A stretch of DNA of 64,000 nt from the NCBI GenBank assembly GCA_965603825.1, contig CBFDEM010000032.1, positions 558,001-622,000 on the forward strand. Direction: 5' to 3'. Positions 37,196-47,825 of the stretch are shown here, in pieces. How positions within the stretch are numbered: position 1 is the first letter of the stretch; every line of letters begins with the position of its first letter. Made by a program: the position numbers and the translations under genes. The notes below the pieces were generated by a model. That model was not told where the DNA came from, made no database searches, and saw only the letters and a program-made list of their open reading frames with translations. The stretch comes from Blepharisma stoltei ATCC 30299 (lineage: Eukaryota; Protista; Ciliophora).

Positions 37196-38092
37196 GAATG
37201 GTTTATTTATACCGAAAAAAGTTAATCAAAGCCATTAATAACCTTTGTAATTTTGTAACAGAAAAGAATTAAAGAGACAGACGTTATTTTAAGTTCTAAA
37301 AATTATGTGACCTTGGCTAAATTTTCCTAGCCTCATTTTGAATTTTAATTGGAAAAAAATTTATATTTATTCAAAAATTGTTAAACATTTTATATCATAA
37401 TTTTTAGATAAGTAAGGTATTGGAAACAGTTTATAGTTGCTTGATGATTGATTTGCAAGCTTATTGAATTAATTCAACTAAATCACTCTATTTTACAAGG
37501 GAAAATGGAGTAAAATGAAATTACTGAGTTATGCAAATACTCTTGAGTCTTATCATATTCCAAAAATGGCAGAAGGGAAAGAGATTATTAGCTAAGAAAT
37601 ATCTTAATTGAGGAAATGTAGAATTTTTAATAATTCATTGTGTATTTTGATAGCATTATATTTTTTCAACAGAAAAAATCTGGATTCTAATTGGCCCATT
37701 TAGCATGACTTGAAAAACGATTATTTCTGTCATTAATAATGCAGGTGTATATTAGTGATTCTAAGCAATTGCTAATCATCATTTTAAGATTTACTTTCTT
37801 AACTATATGATTTTTAAGGTAAAGATGAAATAAATGCTTTTCCCAAAAAATGGGATCAGAAAAAATGTAGTTAAAGTTTACATTTGGAGCCTTATTAGCT
37901 AGCTTAAGCGGGTAATCTAGATGATGCATGCTTTTTAAATAAGCATTAGTAATAAAAGACTTAATTTAGATGAATAATTTACATTTTTCAATAATTTATT
38001 ATTATTATAGAGCTATCATTAAACTCATTACATGTATCATATAAATCTTTCAAAGTGTGAACTCAAGCTGAATTAAATAATTAATTTATTAT

Positions 38093-39019
38093 TTATATTT
38101 TAATTCTTTCTTTCCCACAGAAAGCACAAAATCTTGCATCAGGCAAATATTGCTTTCCACATAAGTGACAAAATGATTGTTTTTTAGAAGACTCTAGCAG
38201 ATTTTGTTTATACCTTTCTAGCCCTTCTTTAGGCTGAATTTCTGCTGGCTTATACTTCCTTTTTCTGATATTTGAGTTGCTAGATTTTTCTGAAATTTTA
38301 TGCTCTTCTTTAAAATCTTCTAATTTTTTTTCGTTTTCTCTCACAGTCGCATCTCTACACGCAGCCACATGAAACTCAAACCCAAATTCAATTTTTTCAT
38401 AGCAAAATGGGCATTCTTTTTCCTTATGCTTTTTCAAAATTTCTTTGAGCCCTGGAGGTGTTAAACTTCTTGCATGATGTAGTCATTTTTCTTTCGCTTT
38501 TTGCACTTTTCTTGCATATCTGATATCTTTCAGCATCTGTGAGTAATTTCGCTTTAGTTCGATTTGCTTTGTTTCTTTGTCCCTACTTTTTATTGCTGGC
38601 TCACTTTTTCGGTTTTTAGGGGTATCTGATACTTTCTTTTCTTTATCTTGAGGCTTATTCATGTATTTGCTTGGGACATATTCTTTAATGTTGCTTTGAT
38701 TTTCTTTTGATTTCACAGGCTTGTAAGGATGATCAGACGTGCAACTTTTTAAGTGAATTGGGAGTCTTCCTTCAAGAAATTTTCTTTTACAATGTGGACA
38801 TTCAATCATTTCGGATTCACTTTTGTAATTTTCTTGGATTTTTATATACTCTTCTTTCACTGAAGCAGATTTAGCATTTTCTTTGCTATCATTTTCCCTT
38901 GGACTTTGAATTTTTGCGCATTTAAATTGATGAGTGGCTAATGCAGAAATGTTTATAAGTTTTCCGCTGTGTTAAAGTTACCATACATAGCAAATCATCT
39001 TCCTAGGATCTGCAGTCAT
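38093..39019 (-). CDS. C2HC zinc-finger protein (ZC2HC1-like); complement join(38093..38966,38982..39019)
   Basis: MTADPRKMICYVC|GKL..ATHQFKC after removing a 15-nt intron; CPHC..H..SC; TGA 38483=Trp; CPFC..H..AC; terminal FCHLCG...FCAFCG ribbon. Confidence 0.82.
38967..38981 (-). other. 15-nt spliceosomal intron
   Basis: GTAACTTTAACACAG; A at position 10; contains in-frame TAAs; removal creates the CYVC zinc knuckle. Confidence 0.85.
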
Positions 39020-39403
39020 TTCAGTTTATATATTAACACATTTTATCAATATGTATTGAAGATTGATATTAATTTCAATTCAACTCTTCTTTGTCCAGTT
39101 ATAATTATATCAAAGTAAAAGCACAAAAAATTTTTGTTTGGGTGACTAAATATAGCGATAAACAAGTTATGATGAAAAAAGGAGAAATCTATATTAATAG
39201 TCACAAGAAATTGGTGGAGTTTTGGATCAATTCTCATGAATATTTATAATTAAATTACAAATAAAATAATTTTGAGAATAAAATAAGGTTATAGTTTTGA
39301 AATAAATTATAATTGCTTTTGTATTATTTAATCAAACAGTTTATAATTTTGCCTATCACCAAATACTTCATTTACAATTATTTATTTATATTAATAAATA
39401 TAT

Positions 39404-40663
39404 ATGATTGGAAGAATTCTAAAACCATTTGCACGAATCCGAGGCTACACCAAAAAAGATCTCTTTGAAAAATACAAAGAAGGCTTCAAGAAAGAAAAAT
39501 CAGAATTTTTAAATAACCCTGATTTCTTTAACAACTATGAAGAAGTAATTGATATCCCCCAGCTCCATTCTCGAGGGTCCCTAACACTATGTCCTACACC
39601 AATCGGCAATTTAAAAGACATTACCCTCCGCCAATATCAGGCTATCAAAACAGCGGATATTTTAGCCTGTGAGGATACCCGTGTGAGTGGTCATTTATTA
39701 GAGCTTTTAGATAATTACAATTTATCAAATCCTCGTGATGTAGAATTTCCTCCTAAAAATTTTGAAGTCTTCCCAGAAAGAGATGAGTACACATATGGGC
39801 TAAGCGGTGACTTTATTTCTTATACTGTAGAGCAAATAAAGAAAAACAGAGAAGAAAGGGGAAGAGGGCTTATGGTCAGCATTAATTCTTATAATCAAGA
39901 AGGCAGAGCCCCAAAACTCGTCAAAGCAATCATGGCAGGACTTAAAGTTGTGCTAGTTTCTGATGCAGGCACACCTTTAATTTCAGATCCTGGCTACAGC
40001 TTGGTCAGAGAAGCAGCAAAAGCAGGTGTAAAAATAGAAACTCTTCCAGGCCCAACAGCAGCAATTACTGCATTATCTGCATCTGGATTTCCTACACAGT
40101 CTTTTTTCTATCAAGGATACCTTACCAAAACAAAATCTGAAAAAATATTCAGACTAGAAAAACTAAAATCCACTGAATGTACCACGATTATCTATGAAAG
40201 CTCACATAGGATTTTTGATACCCTTGAGTGCTTAAAAGAGGTATTTGGAAAAAAGCATCAGATATTTATTGGCCAAGAAATGACAAAATTCCACGAAAAA
40301 TTATATAGAGGGAGCATTGAAGAAGTGTGTGAAGAAATGAAATTAGAAGAAAATGCAAAAGGAAGAGTCCATGGAGAGCTCACCATTGTAATTTCGCCAT
40401 TTATTTCGGAGGAGGAAGAAGAAACTATTAGGCTTAATGTAAAGGAGGTAATTGCTACTTTGGTGGAAACAATTGATGGAACTCCGAAAAAAATTGGGAA
40501 ACTTGTGAATTTATTGACTGGGTATTCAGCAAATAAAGCTGCTGCTTATGCTGTTAAAGGTGATGAAACTGAAGAGGAAGAAGAAGATGAAAATTTGGAA
40601 GGAAAAGGTGGTGAAGAATCTGATGGGGTACCAGAAGTTTTCCAACAAATACTTAAGAAATAA
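39404..40663 (+). CDS. rsmI: rRNA small-subunit 2'-O-methyltransferase I (RsmI/YraL family), probably mitochondrial
   Basis: TPIGNLKDIT.R, ACEDTR, LVSDAGTPLISDPG, PGPTA, YESSHR, EMTKFHE, GELTIVI; basic N-terminal extension. Confidence 0.9.
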   Translation: MIGRILKPFARIRGYTKKDLFEKYKEGFKKEKSEFLNNPDFFNNYEEVIDIPQLHSRGSLTLCPTPIGNLKDITLRQYQAIKTADILACEDTRVSGHLLELLDNYNLSNPRDVEFPPKNFEVFPERDEYTYGLSGDFISYTVEQIKKNREERGRGLMVSINSYNQEGRAPKLVKAIMAGLKVVLVSDAGTPLISDPGYSLVREAAKAGVKIETLPGPTAAITALSASGFPTQSFFYQGYLTKTKSEKIFRLEKLKSTECTTIIYESSHRIFDTLECLKEVFGKKHQIFIGQEMTKFHEKLYRGSIEEVCEEMKLEENAKGRVHGELTIVISPFISEEEEETIRLNVKEVIATLVETIDGTPKKIGKLVNLLTGYSANKAAAYAVKGDETEEEEEDENLEGKGGEESDGVPEVFQQILKK

Positions 40664-40690
40664 TACACAATAATCTTTCTATATTACCAA

Positions 40691-42079
40691 TTAATCAACT
40701 CCAGGCTCTCTTTTATTTTTTCTTGCAAGTTTCGCTTCTCTTGCTTCATTTGCTAAAAATTCTTGAATATAATCTTCATAAAACGTCCTGAGATGAAAAG
40801 TCTGTCGATTTATATCTCTTATATCATCTACCTTAGCCAGCGCTTTTAAATAGTCAATAAGGTTAAAAAGCTCTTTATCATAATAATCGTCCATTCATGA
40901 TATAATCGGAACTCCATTATCTAGCTGATTTCCAAATGAGTAAGCTGAATTATCAATAATTACCATATCTTTAAGTTTTCTGTTTGCAAATATCCGAAGA
41001 TCTTTCATATAAATACCTTCGACATTTACACAGTTATTTCTATATAAGCGATGATGAATGAGCTCTTTGCTAGGGTCTAGGTAATCTAATACAACGTCTG
41101 CATAACATTGGTGGCTGGCTGTGAATACAATAATTTCATATTCTTTATTGATTTCTCTTAAACACTCAAGGGTGTAAGGCCTAACATTAATTCCTGCATC
41201 TATTGCTTCTCCAGTAGGAAATATAATAGGTAAAACTACATCGCAGTCTTCTATTCCATCACAGCAATGAACCAGTGTTTCATCTAAATCAAAAATCGCT
41301 GTCTTTTTATTTTCCCAGCCTGGCCTTTTTGGCAAATTTAGTCTTTTTTCTCTGATTTGGCTGATTTCTACAGGTGGCAAATTTCTAATTAATTTTAATG
41401 ATTGAAAAGTTTGGAAGAGGTGCTCTTTATAATAAGCTTCACTTTTTGCTTCAATTTCAGCTTCAGTTAATTGCTTTTTAATTCTTTTAGCTGACGCAGG
41501 CTTTTGTACCTGCGTGACATAGATATTTAAACTTGGGGATGACCCTGTTTCTGGCTTAATTTCAATATTTTGTACTGCTGCTTTATTAGTGACAGTTTTA
41601 GGTCTTGGCGGCAGCCCAGGAGAATTTTTGGATCCTGTAGGAGTTGAAGGCTTTTGGCTTGATTTTCTTGGAGATGTTCCTTTGGCACTTAATAAATTAC
41701 TTTTTACTGCGAAAACAGGTGGCGCTTTATGCGCTGATTTTTTGACTTTTGAAGGAAAATTGAAGGAGCTATCGTTTGAGGTGGGAGTATTCCCTTCGCT
41801 ATGGATTTGTTTAGGCTGCTGTTGTTTTGAAACAGGCGCTTTATGTTTTGGAGTCCCTGATGTTGTAGGTATTTTGCTTGTATTTAGAGTTCCCCTTGAA
41901 TGAGAAGGGGAATTTTTATTTAAAGTAAAAATTTGATTTGATGCTGTGTCGTCGTCATTTTCTGGAACATCTATTGTTAGCTTTGAGGCTTTGGCTAGAA
42001 TATTGCCTCCTTTTTGAATAGATGAGAAATATCTAGGGTCTGGGTGGGCCTTAGGCGATGCCATATTATTACTAATCAT
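40691..42079 (-). CDS. FCP1-homology/SCP CTD small phosphatase (CTDSPL2-like)
   Basis: DLDETLVH, FTAS, KDLRIF, IIDNS. TGA 40895 supplies the conserved Trp in PIISW-MDD..DKEL. Confidence 0.92.
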
Positions 42080-42319
42080 GATATCCTATATTTTATTGAA
42101 ACTGAGAAAATAAAATTAATAGAAATGAACAAGCTTTTTATTTAAGGTTTTAATTTATTGTCAATCTAGAGATATGATTTTATTAATTATTATAAAATTA
42201 AGATATTTCTGATATTTTTCAGGTTTATATCAATTATAGAATTTTATCTTGAATAGCCCTGCAAGGCACGCTTTCTGGATGAACCAAAAGGTATTTACAT
42301 TTGAAAGCTTAGAAAAAAC

Positions 42320-42869
42320 AATTCTATTAAAGATTTTTAAATAAAAATGAAATCGTATTTTTATTAATTACTGCAATATATGGAAGGAATTCTCCTATGC
42401 TTGATCTTCGAGCATCTCTCAAAGTCCCTATATGAACCTCCAATAATTATTGTAGCTGAGCAGGGGTCTACTGTAACAGCAGTAATGAAGTCTATGCAAT
42501 TTGTTTAACAAGTCTCCCATTTACAGGCGATCTTGTTGAAGGAATATTTAGCAGGCTTCCAAAACTTTTGATTTTGGCTATCGTGATTGATGATAATTCC
42601 CAAACTCAAGCTTTAACTTTTTCCAGCGATCTTTGCACATTGAATTCTTTGAATCAGCTGGAGCTTCAGAAATTAAATATAAATACAGCGTTTCCTTCAC
42701 AAATTCTCATCTGCGAATTTGCCTGATTTCTCTAATATGACCAAACTAGAGACGCTAGATTTGAATGGAAATAAGTACAGGGAACATTCCTCAATCTATA
42801 GAATTTAGTAACTTTGCAATTATTCAGTAATTCACTTAGTGGAAGTCATGCAGCAAGAGTGGGCTATAA
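42320..42869 (+). pseudogene. Truncated signal-peptide + LRRNT + LRR gene, left arm of inverted repeat
   Basis: ATG 42347 (frameshifted at codon 2-3); ...IW(TGA)TSNNYCSW(TGA)AGVYC...LETLDLNGNK...LQLFSNSLSG; has deletions; reverse complement of the right arm. Confidence 0.85.
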
Positions 42870-43089
42870 CCAGTCATAAGTTATAATTAATTATTTAGGT
42901 CATAAATATATTGCTCTTCTTAAAATCTGCAAAGATTAATAACTCGTTTAAAATGGAGTGATTTCTCTAAAGGGGCTCATTAATCTAAGTATATTTAAAT
43001 CATAAAAGAGAATCAACAAATATATAAGCTTTATATCAAATTTTGATGGAACAACCAAAAATAGAATCAATTTTAATTAATTCAATTGA

Positions 43090-46000
43090 TTAAGATTTTT
43101 TAAATCTCTTTTCTGGCTTTTGTACTATATTTCTTTTTCTTTTTCTACTATTTCCTTCCTCTTCTTTTTCTCGTAACTTATTACGTATGATTTCCAAGCC
43201 GGAGTCTTTCTCTTTGATTTTTTGAATTAATCTTTCTATGTTTTCGTCACCAAACTCAATTCTTTTTTCATTTGTTAAAGTAACATCATTTTCTCGACAC
43301 AATATTGAACTCTCTGGAAATATTTTTCCTTTTGAAGTACTAAAATGATTATTTATATCTAATGCAACTTTAATGCTGAATTGGTGCTCGTCTATATGAA
43401 TCTCTCATTTTCCATCAACAATATTTCTATAAAATACAATTCCGCGAATTATCATTCGTTGGAGATAGTCATAATTTGGATTTAAGACAACTTCTATGTA
43501 CTTTTTAGCGCATATTTGTCAAAGCGCATCATGAGCCTTTTCACAGACCACAGAAATTTCAGCTTCTCCTAACTTTTTATACTCATGAATTATAGCAACA
43601 TCCCCCTTTCCACGCTTTGAAATGAAAATCCCATCAAGCTTTTTTTTGAATTTGTTAGATATCTCAAAACCGATAAAATATTTTGGATCATTTGATGTTA
43701 ATAGTGGTATTGCTCCTGCTCCTCCTACGATAGTTTGAAAAAACTTTTCACTTTTATCAGTTCGTTCGCTTATTTTATCAAGGATTTCTTCTTGTATCGC
43801 TCTTGAAACTTCATCTTTATGCTCTAAATTTTCAACAAATTTGTCTAACCAATCATAAGAATTAATTTGATTTTCTCCTGTTATCTTTAGTCATACATTA
43901 AGCATTTTGGGGTAAAAATATTTTCTCACTTCTTTATTAGGAACTACCAAAACATTGATTTCTTTCTTATTTTCTAATAGAGTCAAGTATCCTGCATGAA
44001 GTAGCAGTAAATAAGGATTATTTGCTGTCCAAGGTTGATTAATAATCGGGTTTTTCAATTCAAGATACCCAGCTTTCATTATATCAAATAATTCATTATC
44101 AAATTTAAGAGCTTCGAATATCGAAGTTAGAAATCTACCATCATTATCAAACTCATTTCAATATTGACTGAGAGGTCATTCGTTATTATCAACAGCAAGC
44201 TTCAAGCAGCTTATTATCGATCGAGAGTTGTATATTTTATGACCCCCTACATTATATCCATTATATCAGTCTTTTATTAATGTTTTCTGATCCATTAAAT
44301 GACGGTCTGAATATTCTATTAAGTGCTTATTAAGCAGCCATTCAACATCCGCTTCAGTAAATCCAAAGAATTTTGAATATGATTTTGTCGAAATAGTATA
44401 AGGAAAAAAAGCATCTGGACTAAATATTTCAAGCAAAGTGTCATAATAATATCCAGCTACAATTAATTTTTTAATGCAATGATCTGTATGATCGACGAGC
44501 TGTTGCATTGTTTGCCATAAGAGCAGCTCAATTTCATTCTGGTTATCTTCGGTGAGTCCTCTATTAAAATTTTTATCATATCCATCAATAATAACAATAA
44601 CAGCTTGCCTATGAATTATATGAAGCATATGAGCCAAATTTTCCAGTGCTATATTTATATCTATTTGTGAGCTGAATTGCCGATAAGTTCTAAACAGCTT
44701 AATTTCAGCGGGCAATATTATTTCATTACGATCAATAATATGTTCCAGCACCTCAACATCTCGATTTTTATAATTCATTATTTCTACTCCGTATTGCTCT
44801 ATTATTTTCTCTAAGTACTGACAATAGGAAGAAATATGCTCTTTATACACACGTGAAATTTCTGTTTGAATTTTTTGTAAAAGGATTTCCGGAGACATTA
44901 ATCCTCGTAAAAATATCTTAACTAAATCAGGAAAAGCAAAAAAAATAGTCGGAATACACCCAGCAAATTGTCTATAATGTCCATTATCAGCATTCATTAT
45001 TTCAAAGCATTTTTTACTGTCCAAATTATTTAAATCAGTGTTATTTTTTCCTCCTGTAAATAAATACAAATTTGCGAATTGCCCATTTTCATCTTGCTCT
45101 GGATTTAAAAATGTCTTTAGCATAGTTAAATTCAATGTTTTGCCCCAACCTCTTGGTCTCAAAATTGCAAAATTTCGACGCGTGTCATCTAAAATTGCTT
45201 TAATGAAAATTGTTTTATCCACATAGACAGCCTTATCATCAATCATGAGTTTAAAATTCCTATTGCTAGTGCTAAAATTATAAGAACTTTGGACTCTAAT
45301 TACTGATTGTGGTGTCGTAGGAGACTCTTTTAGCTTTTTATTCTTGGAAATTGGTGTTTGGAAGATATTGTGGCAGGGTATTGGGCTAATATTTAAAGAT
45401 TGGATAAATTTATGCGCCATATCTTTTTTGCCTTTTTCTTTAAAATCCCTTAATATGCACAATTGATTCATGCTCAATTTGCTTAATATAATACCCGCAT
45501 CAACTTCCGATATTACCCAATCTTCCATATCTCTTTTAAGCTCATTTGAAATTGAGTCTTTTATCCATTCAAGCCAATTCAACTCGAAATCTCACGAGCC
45601 TATTTCACAATTTTGTGTCAGGATTTGAATAATACTTTGTTGTTCAAATAGCGCTGTAATTTTATAAGCTGATTTCAAATCAAACTGAGAAAATGAATCT
45701 AAAAAGGCAGATTTGCCTGTTGAAATCAGCATAACTATATTGTACATTGATAATAGGCAGCTTTGGAGGCAATGCTTATACATTTTAATGCTATGATGAT
45801 CGAATATCCAATAAGTTTTGAAAAAGCCTCCAAAGGTAGCTGATTGTCCATCAGGCTCATTATAAGAAATTTTTGTACAAAGCAGGTATTTAAGGAGAGG
45901 AGGCAAACTATAATTATTTCCTGATGAATCAATCGAAAAAACTAGCTCAGAAGGGTTATATAGATGTTCTCCGTTAATATTTATGTAGTCCTTGGGGATA

Positions 46001-46359
46001 ACTACCATTGTTTGCCATATGTATTTTTGCTCTATTTGTTCATCTGCAAGATTAGAGTTTTTACTTACATCTAATTTTCAATAGGCTACAATAGGCCTCT
46101 TAAGTTTTTCACCATCATTTGCAATCGCCTCTTCGATTTTCTTTGTATAAGATAACACACCAATTACTTCATCATCATCGATGGCGGGAGAATTAATCAA
46201 AGTCAACTCTGAGCCTATTATATGAATTTTGTCTTGGTAAATACGCTTAAGGGCCTCTTGAATGCCGAAGGCAGATGCATAGCATTTTGTTTTGCTTAAA
46301 CGATCATAAGTATCAAGATTGCTAAAAACGGTGTAAAGATCCTGTTTTAAGCTTATCAT
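43090..46359 (-). CDS. AAA-ATPase-like (PF09820-type) + PD-(D/E)XK nuclease (PDDEXK_9/DUF1703-type) protein with ~370-aa N-terminal extension, 1089 aa
   Basis: Five ORF-track pieces in one frame joined by 8 TGA=Trp; I translated the gaps and found no TAA/TAG. Motifs YVDKT.FI, RPRGWGKTLNLTML, IIDGYD, FFGFTEADV, DWYNGY...IYNSRSI, QYW, LLHAGYLT, VPNKEV, LDGIF...IIHEYK...ALWQICAKKY, RGIVF. Confidence 0.88.
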
Positions 46360-46396
46360 ATTTTTATTAATCAAACTCAATTTATAAGAATATTTC

Positions 46397-47767
46397 TTAT
46401 AACCACACTTGCTACATGACTTCCACTAAGTGAATTACTGAATAATTGCAAAATTACTAAATTTGGTAAATTTGCTGTAGATTGAGAAATGCTCCCTGTA
46501 CTTATTTCCATTCAAATCTAGCGTCTCCAGGTTGGTCATATTAAGAAATCAGGCAAAATCCTGTCAATCCACAATAAGCCACATGGAGAATTTTTAACTT
46601 TGTGCAGCTGAGAATTTGTAAAGGAAACGCTGTATTTATATTTAATTTCTGAAGCTCCAGCTGATTCAAAGAATTCAATGTGCAAAGATCGCTGGGAAGA
46701 GTTAAAGCTTGAGCCTGGGAATTATCATCAATCATGGTAGCCAAAATCAAAAGTTTTGGAAGCCTGCTAAATATTCTTTCAGCAAGATCGCCTGTAAATG
46801 GGAGATGTGTTAAACAAATTGCATAGACTTCATTACTGCTATTACAGTAGACCCTTGCTTAGCCACAATAATTATTGGAGGTTCATATAGGGTTAGGTTA
46901 GGTTTTACTTAAGCAGCTACTGCTGCCGAATGAGCCTTATGGCTCACTTTTCTCCTGCACTTCCACAACTTTTCTGCTCTTTTTATCAGTTCCATAGATT
47001 TCCCTACTTTCATCCCATTCGCATCCCTGTCAATTTCATCATTTTCTTTGGTCATTTTGTTGTTTTGTGGTTTTGGGTGCTTTTAGAATTTTTTGGGTTC
47101 TTTTTGGAATATTGGGCAATTTCGCGCTTTATGGGTTCTTTTGGTGCCTTTTGGGTTTTTTAGATTTTTGGTAGACTCTTGGTTTTTTAAGCTTTACGAT
47201 AGTTAGCAGCATTTTTTTCCCTTGCATCTTCTCCTCTAGCTTAACTGCTCTTAACTCAGGGTTTTTGATCCCTACTTCTTCTCCCACTATCTTGATTGGT
47301 ACAGTGGTCAGCATTGCTTCCCCATCATCCAGGATCATCCCATCCATTTTTGCAAAGAAAAGAACGATTCTTTCAAATTTTTCATCTTTGCTTGGTAATT
47401 CTCCCAATAAATCTTCATCTTCTTCCTCTTCTTCTTGACTTTCCACAGTTTCCTCATCACTTCCCTCGTCCAGTTCTCCCTCCGCTTCTAGAAGTCTGAT
47501 TTCTTCTTCCACATCTCTACTTCAGCTAAAGCTTCATCAAGATCTCCATCTTCATACGGGTAGCCACTATCTAAACAATATTCGTCCCAAGAGTCATGGC
47601 AACTTGAGTACAAATACGCCATATTCATGGCAAAAAATAAAAGTGGAGGCTCATATAGGGACTTTGAGAGATGCTCGAAGATCAAGCATAGGAGAATTGC
47701 TTGCATATATTGCAGTGATTAATAAAAATACGATTTTCATTTTTATTTAAAAATCTTTAATATAATT
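46397..47767 (-). pseudogene. Truncated signal-peptide + LRRNT + LRR gene, right arm of inverted repeat, interrupted by an insertion at 46893-47643
   Basis: ATG 47740: MKIVFLLITAIYAS...; resumes after the insertion with an in-frame TAA where the left copy has TGA(Trp); LPSDLCTLNSLNQLEL...LKILHVAYCGLTG; truncated at the same point as the left arm. Confidence 0.85.
46893..47643 (-). mobile_element. 751-bp retroposed-type insertion (non-autonomous non-LTR element or retrocopy) with 17-bp TSD and (CCTAA)2 3' tail
   Basis: Flanked by tggaggttcatataggg (46876-46892) and tggaggctcatataggg (47644-47660). The left arm has a single copy (42426-42442). Contains a frameshifted acidic-then-basic ORF ending ...EKLWKCRRK...AA* GTAAAA CCTAACCTAA. 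Confidence 0.82.
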
Positions 47768-47825
47768 TAAATTTGCAATAGTTTTTAATATTGATAATTA
47801 GAGTTACTGGTTATTTAAGAATATT

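Noticed and set aside
42249-42312. Possible PH-like remnant LQGTLSGWTKRYLHLK
   Set aside because: Too short and has no start or continuation I can support.
46359-46450. In-frame fusion of the right LRR arm to the NTPase-nuclease ORF
   Set aside because: The NTPase frame has TAG at 46426-46428 and the LRR frame differs; no fusion.
46890-46906. GGGTTAGGTTAGG as a true internal telomere
   Set aside because: Only two 5-nt units; better explained as the insertion's tail plus the TSD.
47488-47706. ORF MQAILLCLIF... as an independent gene
   Set aside because: It is a chimera: its 5' part is an alternative frame of the LRR pseudogene and the rest lies inside the insertion.
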